NCBI RefSeq assembly: GCF_947568905.1
Contig: NC_079165.1
Span: forward strand, 11,098,001-11,162,000
Direction of reading: 5' to 3'
DNA: 64,000 nucleotides
DNA from: Ostrea edulis
Taxonomy: Eukaryota
A program made the translations under genes and the position numbers. The notes below the pieces were generated by a model, which did no database searches, was not told the DNA's origin, and saw only the letters and a list, made by a program, of their open reading frames with translations. Of the stretch, positions 50,391 to 61,193 are shown one piece after another. Each line of letters starts with the position of its first letter. Position 1 is the stretch's first letter.

Positions 50391-50595
50391 AGTTCAGACT
50401 GCAGCTCCCTCTACAATGTATTACAATAGACCGATAAGAAAGCTCAGACTGCAGCTCCCTCTACAATGTATTACAATAGAACAATAAGAAAACTCAGACT
50501 GCAGCTCTCTCTACAATGTATTACAATACACCGAAAAGAAAAACTCGGACTGCAGCTCCCTCTACAATGTATTACAATACACCGATAAGAAAGAC
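50391..50595 (-). repeat. About 50-bp repeat x4 copying the acceptor of the TSC1 ATG exon
   Basis: TATTGTAATACATTGTAG|AG(G/A)GAGCTGCAGTC repeated. Confidence 0.9.
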
Positions 50596-51289
50596 TTCTG
50601 TGGAAATAACTTTCATCCCTAATAACTTTCTTAACAGAACATGTCATTATTTTACAGCATGCAACTCTCCATGATAAAATGTTGAAACACCAAGAAATAG
50701 ATTTGACGAAAATCAGTGCATCTGGAGTATGTGGAAATCAAGACTATTTAATAGAATTAATCCTTGTTGTAAAATGGGCAATCTGATCAAAAGACAAGGA
50801 GCTTGCTATATCATAGAGGACAAAACCTCTCATGGGCCATTTCATAGAGGGCAAAACTTCCCATGGGCCATGTACATGTACATGCAAAGGTATCTTTCTT
50901 AACACAATCTATGTACATGTGTATCTAAGAGACCTTGTATTATGAAAATCTATATAGAATATACTATACCTATCAAGTAACTGTATAGTTAGAGAAAACT
51001 GTGAAAGCTGTTTTTAAAATGAGCCAGAATGCTTTCTTTATTCTTTTAATTTATAGGTAACCAGAAATATTTGATCAATTCTAATGATAGTAGCTTAAAG
51101 AATTATGAATGCTAAAAGCATAGTTGATGTTGGAATTGCTATTTTGCACAGACATCCCCTAATTATACGAATTCCTCCAAATCTGATATCAAAGGGGAGA
51201 TGGCCTTAGGCTCCTCATTTTTACACGGATTTAACACTGAATCCTGTTATAAAATCAATTCATTCATATCTATTTCTGTGTGCTCATCA

Positions 51290-51450
51290 TGATAAAGCCA
51301 TGACCAAGTTTCCTCCCATGAGTTATGATATCCTTGGATTTCCTTCGTTTTGCCATATTGCACTTGCTTTGTAGATACAGATGGCTGATCGTGGTGATTA
51401 TTACATTCAGGACCCTTTCTTTTCCTGCTAAATGTCACAAACTTGTCCAA
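51290..51450 (-). pseudogene. Fragment resembling a hAT/ZNF862-like transposase N-terminus
   Basis: MDKFVTFSRKRK...YHNSWEETWSWLYHD resembles the start of such proteins (recognition only). Confidence 0.4.
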
Positions 51451-51669
51451 TTTTACAATTCATCAACACATTGCGCGTTCACCTTGACATTGTTTCTATG
51501 TGGATTCAACACTTTGCAATCGAGTATAACTTCGACATACATTTAAACGTTTTAGTGATCCGTGTCATTTCGGTGAGAGGGTAGGACACGGTTTTGTCAG
51601 CAGAAATTAACATGGACATTTCGTGAAATTGGGATCTAGAGTAATTTTCAGTGTTGAAACTAAAATCGT

Positions 51670-51905
51670 GTTGAGAAACAATAACAAAGTTTAAGTTTGG
51701 ACCAAGTCTGACGATCGTGTTTATGACCTGAATGTCTAGGCGAGTTCGGAGACAAGAAGCACACCTGCCAGGTATCTGTTATGTTTTGGGGATGCATTTC
51801 ATATCATGGAATAGGGACCGTGTCACCAGTTAATGGCAATATAAACACTGATAAATACATTTCAATCCTTGATGAAAATATTTGGCCTGTAGTAATGCAG
51901 CACTT
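51670..51905 (+). pseudogene. Tc1-family transposase fragment
   Basis: VMFWGCISYHGIGTVSPVNGNINTDKYISILDENIWP is a typical Tc1 DDE-domain segment; upstream codons contain stops. Confidence 0.8.
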
Positions 51906-52689
51906 CCACAAGCCGACTTTGGACAGTGCACTTGCCGACCTTGGACAATGCTTCTGCCAAGAGTCAGAAAGAGCCATTGAATAAGCAGTAAATGTAGTAC
52001 GACTGAAACCCGAATTCCTGGATAACGATTTTTTCATGATTTTTCTCTGAATACTGCATGCAACAAACACACAATTTGCAGAGGTCACTGTTTGTAACCT
52101 GGGTATATAAAAAAAATATGAACTTTTACAAAAGTACCAAACCTGAACCTGCCAAAACGTGGTAATTCTATTAAGTCTCAATATGACTATAGATCAATTT
52201 TAATGAACTGTCCATAATAATTTCTGCCAACAAAACCCTGCCTTATGCTCTCGGTGTACAGAAGATGTAGTTATATGCTAGAAACAACATATCATTTATA
52301 GCCATCCAAAGAAAGTTGTCTTCTAACGGTTCTTTCAGATACATTACATCCTGTTCTACTGTTAATTATATCTGTGAAGTCGTTCAATGTCTGTCTTTTG
52401 TTTCCTTTAACCTGTCTGAAGTATACTCTGTCATCACGCAGAATGGCCTCTTTCTTACCTCCTCTTTGATGCTGGTCTTTACTGACTGATCAATGACATC
52501 TATATTATTGGATTCTGATAAAAATAAAAACTGGTTGTAAAGTATGTACAAAGAAACATTTGTTATGATTTATAGTCTTAGGGAAATTCTCCAAAATTTT
52601 ATCAAGAATTTTCTACAACTGAAGGGAACTGACTTCCTGTAGAAGGGGAGATATTCATTTAAGTCACAAGAGGAAAAGTACCCTTTATG

Positions 52690-53024
52690 TAGTGTTAAAT
52701 CTAGGATCTAGAGAGGGCACACATGTCATATATTCAAAAGGGCACTTAGCGTCGCTGCAAGACAATTTCAGGGCACTTTCATTGTATCATACTATGATAG
52801 TAGTAAAATAATCATTTAGCCTCTTTAAAAGTTAATACCTGCTGCCTTGATTTTAAACTTTTCAATCAACCTTGTGAAATAATTAAAAGAACAATTGTCT
52901 CTAAATATTAACAAATAGTTTTTAAAAAATTACAGAGAAAAAAGGGCAAGGTGCAATTGAAAAGGGCACCAGCCAAAAAGGGCATGGCACAGCACCATGC
53001 TAGTTTGCTTTAGATTTAACACTA
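52690..53024. mobile_element. hAT-like MITE
   Basis: TIR TAGTGTTAAATCTA, subterminal AAAGGGCA repeats, 7-bp direct repeat CTTTATG on both flanks. Confidence 0.7.
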
Positions 53025-53579
53025 CTTTATGGGTAGTTACAGGAACCTTGATAAATCCCTGGCATGTAAATGGGTGATGTGTAATTAAGGGTCCCCTTAA
53101 TTAATTACACCAATATAAAATACAAGTATTGAGAAAAATGGGTGTATAATTTTTCGGTAGCACAACATAACCCATCTTTGATGTACATACCTCCTACCCA
53201 TATACAATGATACAATACCAATGGGTATTAGTATAGGTTTACAAAATATGGCTTATTTAGCCTTTCGAAAGGATGTGTTGTATAAAAAAAAAAAAAAAAA
53301 AACAACAACAACAACATTTTAACAAAGTAAACCGTAAAAATGTTGGCTATTAACAAGTGATGTTGAACAGTACATCATGACCTAGTCACCATTACTTCAA
53401 TATGACATCTGAACATTACTCATTCATTCGTCTGCAATACATCAACTAAGAGAATAAATGTGGTGATGACCATATTCAAGGAAAAAATATCACAGATGCA
53501 AAGTTGTCGTATGACGTTTTGATAATGAATAAAAATAATAATTCTTGAAAAAAATAAAGAATAATAAAAGACCGCTCAC

Positions 53580-53900
53580 CAGTAGGCCTACGGTTCTGCC
53601 CTTCTAATGCCTGTATCACGAGAGGACTGATTTACATGAAAGTCGATCAAGGGGTAATCAGGTTACAGCTTCAGCCTTACTGCAAAAACTTTTCAATGGT
53701 ATGATGTAATATAGAAAAAGGTTAAACTATTAGCAATGTTACTACTAGAAAAGGATGATATTTTCTTACATGATACCGAATCGCATCAGTGGGAAAATGT
53801 CATCGTAAACCACTACCGTACTGACTACCTTTTATGAAATCGAATCGTCCGATGAATATCGGATGTTATTAATAGCACGTTAAAACCAAAGTCAAACTGA
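53580..53900 (-). promoter_or_regulatory. Candidate non-coding first exon / promoter of TSC1
   Basis: The TSC1 ATG exon begins with an acceptor at 50410, so an upstream UTR exon is needed. A good donor CTG|GTGAGC lies at 53580/53579 in a locally CpG-richer stretch. Confidence 0.3.
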
Positions 53901-54664
53901 TATCAAATTCCGGCACTTATTGTGACCCGAGAAGGCAATATTTTTATACAATACACATTAAAAAGTTTCAACAACTGTACTTTTACTTCCACCATAGGCT
54001 AATCAAGAAATACTTGTGCTTTACTAAAAGATTTAAATGTTTGATAAAATACTGTCTCTCCGTAACTTAAATTGTAACTTTAAAAAAAAAAATCTCTCCA
54101 TTTTTTGACACTGGAATGCAGGAATATGTGTGACAAAAGTAAAAAAAAAACAAAACGAAAAAAACCCCCAAAAAACCACCACCTCAGCAAGTTGTTATAG
54201 AGAGTGATTTCATTTAATTATCAATGTTTTTCTTTTATCTATATGCTCATACATTATAATATTTTTCGATTATTTTTAATGACTTACAACCTTGAATTAA
54301 AGCTTCCAAACATCGATCAACCAATTGATTAGACAATGAACAACGTAATAAGGGGATAAATAAAATTCATAAAGACATTTCTAGCAAATTCAATATCTTT
54401 CTGATTCCAGTCATAATGTCATTAATTTGGTTGATTTTCCCAGTTGAATTCATAACCTTGCATATCCTCACAGACGCAGCGTAATTCGAACCATTTGTGA
54501 CGCACATTGCACTGTAAAGCTTTTTACTTTGGTTATCAGACATGGAAAACGAAATTATATTGTAAATGGTATTCGCCGACGACCGTTACCGGTTCTAAAA
54601 ATTATGTCGTTATGGGGGATACGTTAAAACGCTTTATTTCACTTAGACGCTTGTAAACACTGAA

Positions 54665-57600
54665 ATGGAAAGAGAAACTTACGTAAAGTTTTCCGTCTCT
54701 CGACTCAAAGACGAGTTAAAGAAAAAAGGAGCCACCACGAGAGGCAGAAAAGCCGACCTTATAGACAGGTTTGTAGTTTCATACCTCATAGCCGTTATTT
54801 TCGTTTGTAATATTTCAACAAATTCGTAGCTCTGCACCCATGCAGACGACGGAGGATGTTTACGCCGGCATGATTATGCCTAAATATTGTTTTGATGCTC
54901 AGTGCGACAATTCTTTTATCAAAATGCATCAAAATTCAATAAATTAATGTGATATAAGTTATATTTATGTCATCAATTATACGTAATAATTATAGTACTA
55001 TACGGACTGTTGTTAATATTGTAATACATGATACAATGGCATTCACTGACATGTACTAGTACGTCTTGGTACCTAATATTTTTTTTATGGGAAGTGGACA
55101 TTGTACAGTACTTTATTGTAGGCTTAAGGCATATGATAGAAATAAAGATTTCAAGAATGACCCAATTCATATACCTGAGCCTTTGGAAGTTGATTGGCCA
55201 ACGAGGGGATTTCAACAGCTCCAGGAATCACATAAAGAAGAAATCCCAGAGATAGGCATTGAGCAGATAGACATGTATTTTGTACATAGATTAGCAGGTT
55301 TGTTCTTATAATTTACTTGTATGATTAAGAACAACATTTTTGTAAAACATACATCTAACATTAGGAGTCATTTAATGAATGTGCAATATCTTATAGAATA
55401 ATTTGTACATATATATAATTATGTGTTTATAAGTAAATAAATTTTAAAATCATGAGCTTGTACTTATGTGTAGGTGACAGACAAAGCACTGGTGATGTCA
55501 AGGCTATCGAGAAAGGAAGGCTGATTGTTGAAAGTGATAGAGTCTTGGCTGTGTCATATTTAAAGGAAGATAATTCCCTGTTCTTTACAGGCATTGTTGG
55601 CGCAGCCATGAAAACAAAGGCAAGTATTACATTTAATTTGTGGATATAATATACATTGTAGTACTAATTGTACATGTACCATGTATGTTATCAGTTATTT
55701 TCTCTTATTTTATTACTCTGTACTGAGATATTTTTGTAAAAATAACTAAAAAAAATTATATTACCCAGAATACATGTATGTATTTCAAATTAAAGGTAAC
55801 ATACAACTTCAAATTAAAATTTGACAAAAACTCGGGAGACATCTTGAACAGCCATTGTGAGTGTCCTGCAGGACGAGGTCCCCATGGAACTTGCAAGCAT
55901 CTTGCTGCTGTTGCCATAGTTTTACTCTCTTGTTCTGAAGGAAAAGGTTTGAGGATTCAGAGATCATGCACAGAAAACCTGCAGACATTTCATAAACCCA
56001 AACATTCATACTCAGGTAAAAATACATGAATATTATGTGATGTTCCATGATGAACAGAAGCAATAGTTTTATGACCATATATTGAATCAAGTACAATAAT
56101 TTATTTTTTTTCCACATGTTTAACATATTCAAATTTTGATATAGGTTCACCAGTCAAAGCTGAAGATCTGCCCAGGAAGCGGAATCTGACTGATGATTTT
56201 TTAAATGATCCCCGCCCATAACATCTAAAAGGTGTAGCTGGTTACCCGGATAGGGTTCGCAATATGGTCTTAAACCAATGTGCAGAGACCTCAGACAATC
56301 TGACATACAGATATCTCATCGAGAAAGCAAATATTCAGGTAAACATAAGCATGAAAATGCATTACTCACACAAGCAAGAATCTCACTTAATGTCCCTGTA
56401 CATCGCTAATTATAAGCAGTGTCAAGTCAAAAGTATCTCGCTAGTGAACTTATAGCAAGCTATATTAGTAATGCATATAAAATGTTGATTTTAAAATTAT
56501 AAGTCTGTTAATCTAAAGCAGTAAGTAGTGATGGGTAAAACTGCACATATAAAATAAAGTGTTTAATAACAAACAAACTGTAACACCTTTTGTTTCACTA
56601 GGCAGCAGTATTGGACCATGATTATTTGGAAAGACCCTTCACAGAGTATTGGGTTCAACGAGCTGTTGAGGTAGGTCTTTTGTTAATTGGCTTAAACTGC
56701 ATTTCAACAAAATTAAATTTTATGACAGTTGTGCAAATGTTGTATATGTGTTAAAATAAGATATAATGTGCAATGTAAATTGATTGCAAGGATTTTTTCT
56801 CATGTTCATATGTATTACTAATACCATGCAATTTTATACTACAAAACACAGTACAAGATATATGGTTTTTGTTATATACAATTTTTTAAAGGTAACAGCA
56901 GATAAAGTAGTTGCCATTGAGGAGCAGACACGTGGACAAGCCAGCTCAAATAATTGGTTCAAGGAGAGATCATGGCGGATCACAGCCTCAAGATTTGGAG
57001 ATATCTGTTTAGCTACAGACAGGCGTAATAGGCAGAAACTCTGCGAGTCCCTATACCAGCCTTCTGCTGCTGTATTTCGCAGTGAAGCTCTAGTCCATGG
57101 AAGTACCTACGAGACACGTGCTATTAGGTATGTTTTAGTGTGAGCTAGTCAGACAATCACGTGTACAGCAGAGACCTGGTTTGTAAATCTTAACGCTCTA
57201 TATAAGCATTGGTCAAATCAGTAAATTATTATTTACATATATTATATGCCTTTTCTTATTTTTATCTCTCATTACAGATCCTTTGAAAGAGAGACTGGCC
57301 AAGGTGTTCAAAGATGTGGTTTCTTTGTTGATATGGATCGACCTTACTTGGGGGCATCACCGGATGGACTCGTTGGCAATGATGCACTAATTGAAGTCAA
57401 ATGTCCCTTTGCTGGTCGCTTTGAGAAGATTCAGCCTGGAAAGTACTTCCCATATCTAACAATGGACTCTGTAACTGGTGAAATGAAATTGAAACCCACC
57501 TCTAAATATTTTTTCCAAATACAAGGCCAAATGCTTATTGCCAAAAAACAAATTTGCTATTTTGTTGTATACACTTTCAAAGATTTGTTCATCCAGAAAG

Positions 57601-57698
57601 TACATATTGATGTAGAATGTTGCCAGAATTCTCTTCTTCCAAAGCTTGATGTATTCTATGATAAATTTTTCATGCCATACTTGTTATCCTTGCTGTAA
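54665..57698 (+). pseudogene. SAP + SWIM zinc finger + YqaJ/lambda-exonuclease accessory gene; exons 54665-54768, 55122-55297, 55474-55619, 55796-56015, 56145-56338, 56602-56670, 56892-57127, 57278-57698 (about 521 codons; in-frame TAA at 56219-56221)
   Basis: SAP-like SRLKDELKKKGATTRGRKADLIDRL; SWIM CECPAG...CKHLAA; YqaJ motifs RITASRFG, HGSTYETRA, YLGASPDGLV, LIEVKCP, YFFQIQGQM. Phases are consistent across eight exons, with a single premature stop. Confidence 0.85.
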
Positions 57699-58247
57699 AG
57701 TGGAAGCATATATGCAAACTTGTGTTAAAGTTTCTTCTAAATGATTTATCGAGACAGTTCATTTTTTTTATACAGAATCTTTTTTGTATTCATGATTTCA
57801 TTAGAGTCTGCAAATGATTCTTCATGTTTTTTTGCCTAAGTTTCTGCCCAGAATGCCAATCAATTTCAGATGAAATACATTGCATATCCATGATATGAAA
57901 TTTTCTGTATTGACAATATACATGTAACAATGCATAGATGTTGGTTATATAAAGTGTTAAACTTTTTAAATTGATTTTTACAAAAAGATATTGTACTTTG
58001 ACCCTTTCAAGGTAAATAGCTTTTACACTTAAAAGTTGATATGTCTACCTAGATCCTTGTATGATGTATCCCTTTGAATATTGACAGCACATGTTGCATA
58101 AAGGATACAAAAAATGTACGATACATTTAAAACTTGTAAGCAGAAATATGAACACAACTCTCAAGGGATTCACTGTATGTGCAGGGCATACATTTATTAA
58201 ACTTAGACATGTATGCATGTACATTTTGATATACTACTGGCACATGT

Positions 58248-60312
58248 TTAAGCACTTTTATCAACAATGCAATTCCTAAAATTTGACAACATAAAACAAA
58301 TGTACACAATTCTGGAAGCTAGGGGGATTTTTGACATTGGTAGCTCATGTTTCAAAATTTTGAACCTCTTTGCAAGCCCAATCACCCTCTCTACATGAAT
58401 ACGTTTTGAGGCAACTCGCCTATCTCTAACTATTTCTTCGGGGTCAAGTTGGCTTTTGCCCTTGAGAAACGTAGGTGTATTAATAAAAACATTCTGATTC
58501 GCAAATAAATCTTGAACAAGAATTCCCCGATCTGCCATAATGCTGTCACCAGCATCAAATTTGCCTACATCTAGCAGAGTAGAGTGTTCAATGATTTGTC
58601 TGTCAGACACAGAGCCCCCATAAGTAGAGGATACATAAGATACTGCTCCATTTGGAGTTACACCTACCATGGTTTTCAACGTGTTTTTGTGTTTATAAGA
58701 AGACCATGTTTTGGATTGTGCCTCAACATTTGATGGTTTGTGAATTGGTTGCTCGGTTGCATCTAAAATTACGCGTGTATTGGGAAACTTTTTAGCAAAA
58801 TCTGTTGGCATATGTTCTTTAATGATGTCTTTAGAAGGCCAGAATTGTTCCTCTAACTCTTTTAATTGAAAATACAAAAAGTTAATCCAAGTTGTTACAA
58901 TTTTAGAAACAGTAGATTCACAGACTTTAAAGAGCATAGCAAGTTCCACATCTTCTTTTGCTTGTCTGAGTTTCATCAGAGTTAAAAACAACTGATCTTG
59001 TGGACTTAATAAGCCACATTTGTAATTCAAGTCAAAAGCTGCTGGTCCAAGAATATTAAAGAGAAGCATGAAATGATCATAGCCATTCAAACCAGTGTAA
59101 TAAGAAAGCATCTTAGTGTCCAGTTTCATACCTTCAATTGAAAATCTACCTAAGGTAGGTATGTCACACTGGATTTCTTTCTCAGCTGTTGAACACATTT
59201 CTTCTGGCATGGATGTGGACATACTTGTAGATGACTGATCTACGACAACTTCGTGATGTACAATCAATTCATCCATATACATGGGCAGGTCTTCAATCAT
59301 TGGAGTACATGTATCTTGAGTAGACTCTCGCAGCCTCTTTCGCTTAGCTCTGTCAGACTCCTGGGTAGTACTGGTATTCTTGAAGTCAAAAACAGAGGGC
59401 GCAGCTCCATACTTAAGTCGTCTTCGTTCACCTGTCACAAATTGAATATGTTACAGGAATGTTGGTTGTAAGTTATACTTTATATTTAAAAGCTTTAAGA
59501 TTCGCTAATTATAAACTAGATTTGTTATAATTGATTTACATAAATAGTCATGTAGCAAATTCAACCTTGCATTTTTAGCAGTCACTTCTACTGTAAAAAA
59601 TATTAGGGGGGGGGGGGTGTCACCAAATATATGAAAATAACACCAGAAAATGGTGATTGTTAATGTGCAGACCCAATCTAATTAAAATTAGATCTTCCAT
59701 CCGCTCCCCAGTTTGGGGAGCGGATGGAAGATCTAATTTTAATTACATTGTGTGGAGACCAGGACTCAGCTGGTTATATGTGTGTATATATATACATATA
59801 TGGTATCATAGCACTCTTTCATCCTGTAACGTTTTATCAAAGCAGTATGTGTCTCGTCATATAGCCTAGTATTATATTAAATGAATACTGTGATACATAC
59901 CACATGTCAGTAGTTGCACCTGAAAAAGAGTAAAAACAAACCACAAAGCAACGCATTCAAGAATGTAAAAAAGAACGTTATCAATACACGAATACAAGAC
60001 AAAATGAAGAAACTTTATAAATCAATATTTGAAAGAAGGAAAAATTCAAACAATTCAACAAATCAATTGACGATGCAGCTTTATATAACTGATTGATAGG
60101 ACCTCGATCTAACCTGATTCGGTGATTTTGTAGTCATCTTCTGTGAAGTGTATATGGCAAACAACGTCTTCTTTTCCTGGGTTCCATAATTTTTTTGTTT
60201 TCCTATCCATCCGTTTGATCGCTACCCTCCATTTCAAGAGTAATTCCTGATCTGTGGGAAACTTGTGACCCCCAAAACCACCACAAAGTGGAACACAACA
60301 ATATTTCACCAT
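58248..60312 (-). CDS. THAP-domain Harbinger/ISL2EU transposase; exons 60312-60114 and 59431-58248 (about 460 aa), apparently intact
   Basis: THAP motif MVKYCCVPLC...W...C-HIH-F...LKYGAAPSVF; HTH QLFLTLMKLR...ELAMLFKVCESTVSKI; catalytic DATE, MADRG and RIHVERVIG. Phase-1 intron joins cleanly. Confidence 0.93.
59674..59750. other. Perfect 32-bp hairpin in the transposase intron
   Basis: 59679-59710 pairs with 59714-59745 around a 3-nt loop GTT. Confidence 0.95.
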
Positions 60313-60984
60313 TGTTTACTTCAAGCGTCTAATTGATAAAGCGTTTTCAGTATCCCCCATAAACCGTGACTAATATTTAAAACCGGAAACGGTGCTGGCG
60401 TAAACTATTGAGGAACTGTCTACATTTAAATTGTTGTATATCAAGATTCGCAGGGATTATTGAGTGTACAGACTATGATCCCTATAAACTCTCAGAACCG
60501 AACCGCGAATTCAGTCGAAGTTATCTTGTTGATGTTTTGAACTAATATCTATAGCGATTTGTACACACAAACCAATGCGTTTATGACAGCAGACCTGATT
60601 TGCTACACAAGAAAATATGAATTATTAAAATCATATTCCTGTATGATATGAGAATCTAGCTGTTTAATATGTGAATCTAGCTGGTTAGCCAGAATCTAAA
60701 CGTATAAACGGGGTAGATAATTTTTTTTTTTTTTTTTTTTTTTTTTAGAAGTGTGCGTTGTATATGTTATCTCGTTGTTAAGAGCACCTTTCAATGTTAT
60801 CAATTTGCGTGTAAATGTTTGATTTTCGACGTTTTCTCTCATTGCATGCGCAACCCTCTGTTTATCGGCAAGGTACGTACAAAATTTCACAAAAGAAATG
60901 TATGATCAAATTACATGTTAGTTTGTTAATATTTACATGTATATTTTTTTCAAATCCAGAGAAATTTTAAGATATTAATGAAAG

Positions 60985-60990
60985 CTATAC

Positions 60991-61042
<52 letters not shown>
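60985..61042. repeat. (GA)n microsatellite; another at 62806-62871, and (GT)n followed by poly-G at 34695-34763
   Basis: Directly visible. Confidence 0.95.
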
Positions 61043-61045
<3 letters not shown>

Positions 61046-61193
61046 TTTAACTCATATTTCAAAACCTTGAGTTATGGAAGTCCATAAGTAGAATTTGTTT
61101 TTCATGCTCTGCATCGTATTAATTCAATGATCACATATTTCGTTATTTCTTATTTGACATTGCGAATTTTTTATTGAGATATTTCATTACAGA

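Larger units (their letters stand above)
54568..60406. mobile_element. ISL2EU-type (PIF/Harbinger superfamily) DNA transposon with two convergent genes
   Basis: AT dinucleotide on both flanks (54566-67, 60407-08), about 95-bp imperfect inverted ends, THAP+HTH+DDE_Tnp_4-type transposase on -, SWIM/YqaJ gene on +. This two-gene layout with an AT TSD is the described ISL2EU organisation. Confidence 0.88.
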
